From an uncultured Nitrososphaerota archaeon (GTDB lineage Archaea; Thermoproteota; EX4484-205; JAAOZP01), in NCBI GenBank assembly GCA_964416155.1, contig CAYQCW010000002.1:44748-108747 (forward strand): a stretch of DNA of 64,000 bases. Reading direction: 5' to 3'. Numbering within the stretch: position 1 is the first letter of the stretch; every line of letters starts with the position of its first letter. The notes under the pieces were generated by a model. It saw nothing but the letters and a program-made list of their open reading frames with translations, ran no database searches and was not told where the DNA came from. Below, in pieces: positions 39,404-47,737 of this stretch. Position numbers and translations under genes: made by a program.

Positions 39404-39796
39404 AACCTGTATTACCAATGCCTGTTCTACACATTTACGGAGAGCGAAATAATTGTTGAGAAAGGTCTGGTGGAAGAATAATAGTGCCTTACAACCGCAT
39501 AACTAACGTCGACATCAGGCAGGGACCCGTTTCAAGGAGCCTGGGCCTATGGGAGCTTCGTTCAAACAGCCGGATATCATGTTGCTACTGGAGGCAGCTA
39601 CAGGGTTGCGGAAGCCGTTCTCCAAGGCATTAGGAACGTTTAAGAGGTGAAGAGCTACATACTTGAAATGGTTAGGACGCTTAAGCCGATGGCTGTTGAA
39701 GCAGGCTTCGAAACTGCTACTTATCCTAAGGAACCATAGCAACAAATACTTGAAGAGCTTAGAAGAATAAGGGAGATCCTTGAGAGAAAGGGTTAA
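39404..39796 (+). pseudogene. bPH_2 (YdbS-like PH domain) protein remnant
   Basis: Across frames: YTFTESEIIVEKG / IVPYNRITNVDIRQGPVSRSLGLWEL / QTAGY..AEAVLQGIRN / ILEELRRIREILERKG*. Confidence 0.7.
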
Positions 39797-39820
39797 CAAT
39801 CCTCGCTTTAATCCTGACAC

Positions 39821-40321
39821 ATGAGTAGGATAAGCGAGATAATCTTCCCAAGGCCAACTGGCCTAGTGATTACCTGCGACTCGCAAGGTAAGCCCAACAT
39901 AGCTGCCTTCTCGTTCATAATGCCTGTAAGCTTTGAGCCTAAGTATGTTGCGTTCTCCGTCTCGCCTAGGAGGAAGACCTGGGAAAACCTGAGGGAGGTT
40001 GGTGAATTCGTACTAGCCATTCCTTCGAGAGAAATGATCGAGCTGGTGTGGGCCTGCGGCACGAGATCCGGAAGGGAGGTCGACAAGTTCGCCCTCCTAG
40101 GGTTGGGGATTGAGATGGCTGATGCTGTTAAGCCACCTGTTTTGAGAAACATGCCTGTCCAGCTGGAGTGCAGAGTGGAACTGTTCAAGGAGTTCGGAGA
40201 CCACTGGCTGGTTGTCGGAAAAGTCTTAAAGGAGCATGTTGGAAAACTCGACTTCCAGCCGGTCTTACACTATTCTAAGAACGTTTTCGCAACGGTTTCG
40301 GAGAGAATAATCGCCGAGTGA
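39821..40321 (+). CDS. Flavin reductase-like protein
   Basis: PRPTGLV, PNIA, SGREVDKF, LECRV, GDHWLVVG. Confidence 0.92.
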   Translation: MSRISEIIFPRPTGLVITCDSQGKPNIAAFSFIMPVSFEPKYVAFSVSPRRKTWENLREVGEFVLAIPSREMIELVWACGTRSGREVDKFALLGLGIEMADAVKPPVLRNMPVQLECRVELFKEFGDHWLVVGKVLKEHVGKLDFQPVLHYSKNVFATVSERIIAE

Positions 40322-40375
40322 ACTTCTACGGGAAACTATTTAAACACATGGCCAGCCGGTTGGAAGGCATTAGTA

Positions 40376-41191
40376 ATGACGGACAACGCTTTCAAAAACA
40401 CGGTTCAACAGTTTAACTTGGAAAGACTCCTAGTGTGCGCGTTTTCCGGTTTCTTAATCGGCTTAGCATCAGGACTCCTAGGCGTGGGGGGAGGAGAGTT
40501 CAGAATACCCATCCTGCTCTACCTGCTGCAACTGCCAGTTTTGCTTTCAATAGTTACAAACCTGTTCATCGGGCTTCTAACAGTCTCCGTCTCTTTCACC
40601 GTTAGGTACCAGGCTGGCTTAATCACGACCAGCACGATCAACATGGGGCTCCTCATGTCTTCCAGTTCAATCTTAGGCGGGTATATTGGTGCACACCTCT
40701 CTGGAAAGATAAACGAAAGCCTATTGAGAAAGTTTCTAATATTGCTGTTGATCGCAGCAGGGTTAAGGATGATTTTAGACCCGCTGGTCGAGTGGGGGCC
40801 GTTAAGCGTTCCACTTCCACAACCGATGGAAACCCTCTTATCCATACTGGTTGGGCTTCTAATCGGGGTTGTTTCAGGACTGCTCGGAGTCGCCGGAGGA
40901 GAGTACAGGATCCCGGCTCTCATCTGTCTTTTCGGCCTACCGGTTAAAATAGCAGGCACAGTAAGCCTGCTGGTTTCCATTCCAACCATATTAGCTGGTT
41001 TCATAAAGCATTGGCACATAGGCCACTTGAACAAATACGGTTTCAGCGTTGGATTAGCCATGGGCCTCGCTTCAGTCTTAGGCTCATATATTGGAGCCAG
41101 TTTCGTAGCCACGGCCAGTGAAAACCTTCTAAAGATGTTACTGGGCGTCGTGCTGCTGCTAGCTACAGTTAGAATGGTCACTAAACCCTGA
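40376..41191 (+). CDS. TauE/SafE (TSUP) family transporter
   Basis: Duplicated SGLLGVGGGEFRIP / SGLLGVAGGEYRIP; about 8 TMs. Confidence 0.9.
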   Translation: MTDNAFKNTVQQFNLERLLVCAFSGFLIGLASGLLGVGGGEFRIPILLYLLQLPVLLSIVTNLFIGLLTVSVSFTVRYQAGLITTSTINMGLLMSSSSILGGYIGAHLSGKINESLLRKFLILLLIAAGLRMILDPLVEWGPLSVPLPQPMETLLSILVGLLIGVVSGLLGVAGGEYRIPALICLFGLPVKIAGTVSLLVSIPTILAGFIKHWHIGHLNKYGFSVGLAMGLASVLGSYIGASFVATASENLLKMLLGVVLLLATVRMVTKP

Positions 41192-41192
41192 C

Positions 41193-41220
41193 ATTCCCAC
41201 GGCTAAAGCCAGCGGGATTC
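41193..41220. mobile_element. Possible IS200/IS605-family end hairpin remnant
   Basis: attcccacggctaaagccagcgggatt resembles CCCACGGCTRAAGCC..GGG terminal hairpins; no transposase nearby. Confidence 0.4.
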
Positions 41221-41286
41221 CCAGTTCCTCGCACGCCTCAAAGGACATGAGCTTTCTCGCCGAATACGGTAAAATGAATTTTTAAA

Positions 41287-42075
41287 CTACTTCTTTAAAA
41301 TTTTCTCAGGGTTTTGAGCCAAGTCCTTCAGGTTCTTTTGCAGTGCGCTGAAAATATTGTCGAAGCTCTGGGAAACCTTTTTCTTCCTCTTCATAGGGTT
41401 GCAGAAGGAAACTACTTCATTATACAGGAATTCGTGCTCCACCCCAAGCTCTTCAACCTTCTTCATAACTTCCCTGGTTAAGGCATCCGTCTCTATTACG
41501 ACTTCCGCCCTCCTCTCCCTTTCAACAATAGCGTCCTTCAACGGCTTTGAAAGGAAACCGTCCACCTTCTTCAACAATGGTTCATAGGGTGAGCCGGATA
41601 CCCTAGCCTTCTTCTCATAGGCTATTCCAAGCGTAACATAGTAAGCATACTCTATCGAATCCATTATTCTTCCATCATCCTCCTTCATAGATGGGGTTTC
41701 ATTCAAATACATCCTGTAAACATTGAGCGCAACATATGCTCTCTCCCTCAGGGACATCTGTTTCTCAACGTTCAGCTCCATCAGGTTGTGAGCATACTTT
41801 TCAGGTATTACTATAGCAGGCAATTCTTTTATTCCAAGCTCCTTCGCCGCCAGAAACCTGTGTTGACCATCTATTATTATGTTGTCCTCCCCTCTTCTGA
41901 CAACTATCAGCGGTATGGTGAAACCTATCTTCTTAATCGAGCTTTTAAGCCTCTTAACGTGTGGAGCGGAGGGTTTTCTCTGAACCTCTATAACCTTAAG
42001 CTTGCTCACGGGGATTAGCACTATCTCCTGAACATAACCGTGAAGCGGCTCATTAATCCTGGCAACAGTCTCCAT
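41287..42075 (-). CDS. ParB/Srx N-terminal domain protein
   Basis: LKSSIKKIGFTIPLIV, IIDGQHRFLAAKELG..LPAIV. Confidence 0.85.
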   Translation of the reverse strand: METVARINEPLHGYVQEIVLIPVSKLKVIEVQRKPSAPHVKRLKSSIKKIGFTIPLIVVRRGEDNIIIDGQHRFLAAKELGIKELPAIVIPEKYAHNLMELNVEKQMSLRERAYVALNVYRMYLNETPSMKEDDGRIMDSIEYAYYVTLGIAYEKKARVSGSPYEPLLKKVDGFLSKPLKDAIVERERRAEVVIETDALTREVMKKVEELGVEHEFLYNEVVSFCNPMKRKKKVSQSFDNIFSALQKNLKDLAQNPEKILKK

Positions 42076-42182
42076 TAGCAGTATTAGAATCCCCTGTTAC
42101 ACTCATAAATCTTTCCATGCTTAACGCCAAGAAGAATTGGTTTGGACACCGTGAAGGCTCTCAAATAGGTATTCCAAAGGCT

Positions 42183-42443
42183 TTAGCGAAAGCCTGCATC
42201 CGGCGAAACTTTAAAAGCCATACTTTTTTCAGTTAAAGAATAGAACACCCTGTCACCCTCTTTCCCCTCAACAACCAACCCTAGGCTGATAAGCTGGGCT
42301 AAGTGCTTAGTCAAACGATCATGCGACAAGTTTGCACCGTAAAGAATGCGTGTGGGCCCAGCCCTACCGCCTTCGTTAACTATCTTGTTCAAAATGTCTA
42401 AGTAGGTGCGTGCTTTAGAATAGTACTCTTTTGAACCAGTCAA
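42183..42443 (-). CDS. Archaeal winged-helix regulator, C-terminus possibly truncated
   Basis: RTYLDIL..I...GPTRILYGANLS...HL..L...GLV...YSLTEK. Confidence 0.75.
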   Translation of the reverse strand: MTGSKEYYSKARTYLDILNKIVNEGGRAGPTRILYGANLSHDRLTKHLAQLISLGLVVEGKEGDRVFYSLTEKSMAFKVSPDAGFR

Positions 42444-42976
42444 CCCGTCTTAGTCACCCGCGTCAACGTCACTAAAAAGAATATGAATCCGAAAAGCTGA
42501 ACAACCTGGCCTAGGAACAAGAGGCTTTCTTCAATCGTCGTGAAAAGAAAGAACAGGCGGCTCGTGAAGAAACATGCAAAGCCGAGCAGGACTAGAAGCG
42601 AATTGCCGCTGTTTTATAAGTGAAGAGAATTAGGGCACGGGCCATGACGTACCCGATTATCGCGAGAGATAAAAAGTTCAAGAAAAGGATTGAAAAATAT
42701 AAGGTAGAAACCTGGTAGGACGGCCAGTATTTTGCCATTCCCATCTACGGATTCAGTTTGCGGAGTGTACGAGGCCGAGAAAAGAATATAGGCGGCCAGC
42801 TGTAGGGAGGAGAAAACGAATCCTCCTAGAGAAACGATTCCCCGTATAGCTTGAACATTCTGCTCAGAAAAACGCAGCGACAGGGGGAAGCTGAGGGTTA
42901 CGAAGCGAAGCGAGAGGGCTACTCCAAGTATTACAAACCCCAAATGCAACAGAAAAAGTCTTCTCATCGAAGACAT
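42440..42976 (-). pseudogene. Frameshifted multi-TM membrane protein coupled to the wHTH gene
   Basis: ORF 42614-42976 is hydrophobic; a second frame continues NSLLVLLGFACFF...LFLGQVVQLFGFIFFLVTLTRVTKTG*, whose TGA overlaps the wHTH TTG. Confidence 0.6.
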
Positions 42977-43349
42977 TAGCGCGCGCTTAGGAGAATATTC
43001 TGAACCGTTAGAAAGGTTTTTGGAAACTCAATCCCTCTGCATGTTTACGTTAAAAGCTTATGCGACGACTGGGGTTTCGTAACGGGTTTAAAACCTTGGG
43101 GTGGGCTTAGGCTGCCGCCTGAAGACTTTAAGGAGATCGATAAAACGATGGCTGAAAAAGTCAAGGGAGTTTAAGATACTTGAATGGGAAAACATACTTG
43201 GCAAACTTCTCCACGTCGCCTGAAGACGAGGAAATGCTGGTGAAACCAGTTAAGGAGATTACAGACGGGGAAGCATTCAGGAGTATAGAAGAGGGGGAAG
43301 CTAACCTCAGCTGGGTATTCCAATAAGTTTAAAAAAAATAGCGATGTTT

Positions 43350-43796
43350 TTAATAGCTTTCACCCGACTTTCCGAGTAGTAGTTCTAGCTCAGTTATATG
43401 TTCCTGCTCATCCATTATAATGTGTCTTATTTCATGTTCAAGAAGCATATCATAGTATCCTCTGCCTCTTCCTCTAACTACTGCCTCATATATCTTCCTG
43501 TAAGTGTCAACAGCATCCTTCTCATCCTTCAGGTTCTGCTCAAGTATTTCCCTAACGGTTTTAGCCGGATGGGTTTCTGCAATACTCATGCTGGGCGTCC
43601 CCCCTAGCATTCCTATTAGGGACCTAAACTTCTCCTGATGGGTTTTCTCATCGTTTGCTATTTCCTTAAGCCGCTCAATTAATGGCTCAGCGTTCTCGCC
43701 GTCTATCAGCTCAGCGTGGCTGAGGTACTGCACATAAGCCGCGTGCTCGAGCTCGAGCGCATGGTTAAGCATTTTTAAGAGCTCTTCCTTCTCCAT
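43350..43796 (-). CDS. Ferritin-like (bacterioferritin-type) diiron protein
   Basis: ALELEH..YVQY, DEKTH, DEKDAVDTY, DEQEH. Confidence 0.9.
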   Translation of the reverse strand: MEKEELLKMLNHALELEHAAYVQYLSHAELIDGENAEPLIERLKEIANDEKTHQEKFRSLIGMLGGTPSMSIAETHPAKTVREILEQNLKDEKDAVDTYRKIYEAVVRGRGRGYYDMLLEHEIRHIIMDEQEHITELELLLGKSGESY

Positions 43797-43879
43797 GACT
43801 CATCGCACTAATACTATAAAAGCCCTGAAATAAGCTTTTCCCGAAAACACTTATAAAGAGAAGCCAGGGTTAAAGCTTA

Positions 43880-44344
43880 TTGTCCAGCCCCCGGATTAAA
43901 GAGAAGTCCGCCGGCTTCATAGTTTTTACAAGGGAAAATAATGAAGTGAAATACCTGTTTCTAAAAGTTGGGGGAAGACTCGATTTTCCGAAGGGCAATA
44001 TAGAGGAGGACGAGAACGAACTTACAGCGGCGTTGAGAGAATTGAAGGAGGAAAGCGGGCTAGATAAAATTAGAGTCATACCTGGGTTCAGGAAGGTTTT
44101 AAACTACTATTATAGGAGAGATGAGGGTACGCTTGTCAGCAAAACCTTAGTCCTATTTCTCGGAGAAGCCTTTGGGAAAAACGTTTCAATATCCTGGGAG
44201 CACGAGGGCTTCGAATGGCTAAGCTTAGAGGAGGCAATCATGAGAATCAAATATCCGCGTTACAGGGAGGTTCTTAAGGAGGCTGAACAACACAGGGTCA
44301 GAAAGACGAAGAGTGGCTTAGGCCGATGGTTCGGAAATGCTTAG
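43880..44344 (+). CDS. NUDIX hydrolase (Ap4A hydrolase-like)
   Basis: SAGFIVF, FPKGNIEEDENELTAALRELKEESG, SWEH. Confidence 0.92.
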   Translation: MSSPRIKEKSAGFIVFTRENNEVKYLFLKVGGRLDFPKGNIEEDENELTAALRELKEESGLDKIRVIPGFRKVLNYYYRRDEGTLVSKTLVLFLGEAFGKNVSISWEHEGFEWLSLEEAIMRIKYPRYREVLKEAEQHRVRKTKSGLGRWFGNA

Positions 44345-45150
44345 AAGGAAACGAAAGTCAGCTTCCCCCTGTTAAACGTGGCTAGCTCCGAGTAGCCTGC
44401 GCACCTAGCATACTCAACTATAGAATCATAGTTTGCATCAATCTCATTCAACCTGTGAGCATCAGTACCCAGTGTTACCGGTATGCGGAGAGAACTGCAG
44501 TATTCTAAAATCCTCCGAGTGGGATATGGTTCTTTAATGGGGTTTCTCAAACCCTTGCTGGAAACCTCGACAGCCATTCCCAGATTACCTGCTCTTTCCA
44601 GGATCGTGAGCTCATCCCTCTTAAAATCACTGGGGGTTTTGAAACCCCAGTTCCTAGCGATGTCGAAATGTCCAATAACGTTGAACAATCCTGACTCCAC
44701 AGCCTCTCCGAGAAGCCTCAAGTATTTCGAGTAGAACTTGTCGAAACCCTCCTCTTTAACAGCAATCTCGAAAGCCTTCTTGTACTTCACACAGTCTAGA
44801 CAAAACTCGCCTATCCAATGGATGCTCACCATAGTGAAATCTAAATCATTACTCCCAAAGATATCTTTAAGCAATGATTCCGAGCCTGGAAAGTAGTCAA
44901 CCTCCAAGCCAGCCTTAACCTTTAAGCCTTTAACACTCTTCTCAGCCCCTCTAACCTCCTCAACATAATCCCCTATCTTAGAAGCATCTATGGAGTAATA
45001 CAGTTTTTCCATCGACCCTGGCCGTATCGCCAAGTGTTCAGTAAAGGCGATCTCCTGAAAACCCTTTCTAACGGCTTCCTCAACATACTCCAGTATGGTG
45101 GCTCGGCCGTCGCTATACGTGCTGTGAATATGATAGTTTACCTTAACCAT
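44341..45150 (-). CDS. PHP-family histidinol-phosphatase (HisJ/HisK type)
   Basis: YHIHS..SDG, FTEH, GLEVD, SIH, GHFD, GTDAH. Confidence 0.88.
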   Translation of the reverse strand: MVKVNYHIHSTYSDGRATILEYVEEAVRKGFQEIAFTEHLAIRPGSMEKLYYSIDASKIGDYVEEVRGAEKSVKGLKVKAGLEVDYFPGSESLLKDIFGSNDLDFTMVSIHWIGEFCLDCVKYKKAFEIAVKEEGFDKFYSKYLRLLGEAVESGLFNVIGHFDIARNWGFKTPSDFKRDELTILERAGNLGMAVEVSSKGLRNPIKEPYPTRRILEYCSSLRIPVTLGTDAHRLNEIDANYDSIVEYARCAGYSELATFNRGKLTFVSF

Positions 45151-45254
45151 GATCTCGGAAACCGTTTGTAAACCGTAAACATTATTTAATTTTTTCTCAG
45201 GTTAATAAAAAGGCAACATTTATAAACCGATTATTTCATGGGAAGGCTGACGGC

Positions 45255-45343
45255 GGTAGCTGGGGAAGCCCGGCTGAGAAGACCCTACACGGGTGTCGAC
45301 CCTTCGAACCTGAAGCAGGCAATACTGGCGGAGGGAAACTACC
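45255..45343 (+). ncRNA. TPP riboswitch aptamer
   Basis: P1 ggtag/ctacc; GGGGAAGCC..GGCUGAGA; ACCCUUCGAACCUGA; CAGGCAAUACUGGCGGAGGGA match the THI-box consensus; TATA tttataaa at ~45219. Confidence 0.85.
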
Positions 45344-45537
45344 TGAAGCTCCTTCTCCTACTGCCCTCCCTAGCGCGCTGGATTAGTGACAAATCGAGAC
45401 AATACAAAGAAAGCATTCTGGCACGCTTCTATTTGATTTCCCACACTTTATTAACGAGGAAGGCGGGAGGAAAAAGAACAATATCGTAAACGCGGATTTT
45501 TTACTGCAAGGGCTGAGCCGTGTAAACGGCGCGCGTG

Positions 45538-46602
45538 CTAATCACTTTTTGGCTTAACCTCTATGTCTAACCCCCAGTGGTATTTAAAGGGAGCAACCTC
45601 CCTTATCCTTCTCGACGTTAAGAGCCTGGTTTCACAGCCAATCCTCCTGAACGATTCCTCGACGCTCGCATATTTTTCATCTGGATCAGTATCCTTTTCT
45701 AAGAAGACATGGAGATGCACTACACCCCCCTGTTTTTTAAGCGCGTTCCTAGCCGCATCAAGATACATTTCAAAACTCATAGGCAGGTTCATAATAATCC
45801 TGTCCCCAATGTTTTTCAAACACTTCTCGGATAGTTCTCTAGCATCCCCGAGATAAGCATTAACCCTGTCTTCAACCCTGTTCAACCTTATGTTCTCAAC
45901 AAGGTATTGGTAGGCACGAGGGTTTATGTCGCAAGCATGAACCTTTATACCGGGATTCTTCTTCGCGATAATTATGCTGAAGGGCCCTACTCCAGCGAAA
46001 AGATCGCAGACAACCTCTCCAGGCTTAACCAGCGAGGCCACTCTTATTCTTTCGGCTGAGAGCCGCGGCGTGAAGAAAACTTTTGAAACATCGAGTTTGA
46101 AAACGCAACCATGCTCCCGGTAGATCGTCTCCGTGCCGCCCTCGCCGGCTAAAACCTCGTATCCTCCCACCCTGTATTCGCCTGAAAGAGGCTCAGCCTT
46201 GTTGAGCACTATCCTAATGTTCTTCATGGATTTTAGAAACGCTTCCCCAATGACCCTGCGGTGATCGTAAAGCGCAGTGGGAAGCTGAAGAATGCAGACA
46301 TCGCCAATCACATCGTAAGATCGGGGGATGACCTTGAGATCCTCCTCTGACAGAATACCCTTAAGATTTTCAAATAGGCTTGGCATTCTGGCGGCTTCCT
46401 CAAACTCTTCAATCACCAAATCTACTTCAACACCTAGCTCTCTCAACTCCTCCCTCTGAACGTTCCCAGCGAGGGGTATAACTAGAAAATCTCCTGTTCT
46501 TTTAATAAGGAGAGACTTGTCGACAAGGTTTCTTGCCCTGAGTATTCTCAAAACATCCTCGCCAAACAGCTTTTTAACCCTTATGCCTCTTCCAATCCTC
46601 AT
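45538..46602 (-). CDS. trm5: Trm5/Taw2-family tRNA G37 methyltransferase
   Basis: SYDVIGD, TIYREHG, KVFFTPRL, DLFAGVGPF, DINP, IMNLP. Confidence 0.9.
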   Translation of the reverse strand: MRIGRGIRVKKLFGEDVLRILRARNLVDKSLLIKRTGDFLVIPLAGNVQREELRELGVEVDLVIEEFEEAARMPSLFENLKGILSEEDLKVIPRSYDVIGDVCILQLPTALYDHRRVIGEAFLKSMKNIRIVLNKAEPLSGEYRVGGYEVLAGEGGTETIYREHGCVFKLDVSKVFFTPRLSAERIRVASLVKPGEVVCDLFAGVGPFSIIIAKKNPGIKVHACDINPRAYQYLVENIRLNRVEDRVNAYLGDARELSEKCLKNIGDRIIMNLPMSFEMYLDAARNALKKQGGVVHLHVFLEKDTDPDEKYASVEESFRRIGCETRLLTSRRIREVAPFKYHWGLDIEVKPKSD

Positions 46603-46711
46603 AGCGGTTTCATCTGTAAGAGTTTAAACTAGTTTTTATAAAAACTTTAATTCTAATCCTTTACATAGAGCATCCTAAAGGTTTAATAAACCTCCGGCTG
46701 AGGCTTGAGCA

Positions 46712-47632
46712 TTGCCGGGCCTGTTTGAAACGATGTTCCAAATAGTTACGCTCCTTTCATTAGGCATATTCTTAAGAAGGCTTCGCGTGATTAGTGAAGA
46801 GTTTTGCAAGAAGCTTTTATCACTATCTATCAACCTCCTCCTGCCCATTATAGTTTTTCGCTCTTTCGCCGCTGTAAAAATATCCTTAGAGGACTATTTG
46901 CTTCCAGTAATCGGACTGATGCTTAATCTTCTGCTCCTAGCCATAGCGTTCTTCGCGTCGAGAAGCCTGAACATGGATAGGGCTAGGAGAGGCGCTTTCC
47001 TACTGGGATGCAGTACTTTAAACATTGGCATAATAGGTTTACCGTTTATAGAGCTATTCTTCAACGCTGAGGGCGTTACAACAGCCTCGTTGATCGACAT
47101 AGGCAACTCCCTCTACGTTTTTTCAATAGCGTTTATGGTCGCATCAAGATTCAACCCTTCCCGGAGAGAAAGATCTCTTGAAAGCAGTGTTAAAGGGTTT
47201 CTCACACAGCCCTATATTCTCTCGATAATACTCGGCCTTACAGCCAACCTTTGCCGATTAAAGTTGCCGGAATCATTCGGGTTCTTGACGAGCATAGTCT
47301 CGTTTACAAACATTGTTGTAATGCTTATTGCAGTGGGCGCGTTCATAAGGCTCCCGTCTAAAAGTATTGTTCAACATATTCTTGCAGCGACAGTCATTAA
47401 AATCCCTATTGGGGGCTTGGCGGGATTAACCCTAGCAGGCCTGTTCGGCTTAAATTCGCAAGCGTCAATAGTTACAGTTATGGTGGCGCTTCTCCCCCCA
47501 GCATTCATGACGCTTGTGCACGCGTCCACTGAAAAGCTGGACCTAGAGTTCACCACAATACTTCTAGGATTCATGCTTGCGGTTGGAATCCCGTTAATAA
47601 CATTTTACGGACTTCTACTATCTTTCTTTTAA
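46712..47632 (+). CDS. AEC family transporter
   Basis: LLLPIIVF, NIGIIGLPF, P.ILSIILG, LLPPA; about 10 TMs. Confidence 0.85.
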   Translation: MPGLFETMFQIVTLLSLGIFLRRLRVISEEFCKKLLSLSINLLLPIIVFRSFAAVKISLEDYLLPVIGLMLNLLLLAIAFFASRSLNMDRARRGAFLLGCSTLNIGIIGLPFIELFFNAEGVTTASLIDIGNSLYVFSIAFMVASRFNPSRRERSLESSVKGFLTQPYILSIILGLTANLCRLKLPESFGFLTSIVSFTNIVVMLIAVGAFIRLPSKSIVQHILAATVIKIPIGGLAGLTLAGLFGLNSQASIVTVMVALLPPAFMTLVHASTEKLDLEFTTILLGFMLAVGIPLITFYGLLLSFF

Positions 47633-47737
47633 AAATAAACATTCCCGTAAGCAGGCTATGGACAGTAAAAGAAGAGGCTTGCCAAGGGTTTTGATAAAGC
47701 GCGCGCACTCGAGGCCTTACTAAGCCCACGTGAAAAA

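Noticed and set aside
41287-42075. ParB protein as part of a partition or defence system
   Set aside because: No ParA, parS-like repeats, methylase or nuclease partner adjacent.
43090-43330. Purine-rich coding-like fragments on the + strand
   Set aside because: Interrupted by stops and no family recognisable; probably a decayed gene but unsupported.
45238-45489. 83-aa ORF on the + strand
   Set aside because: It overlaps the TPP aptamer and has no protein-like motif; probably spurious.
46712-47632. AEC ('auxin efflux carrier') transporter as exporter of the GH3 product
   Set aside because: About 40 kb from GH3 with no linkage; the family name does not imply auxin transport in prokaryotes.
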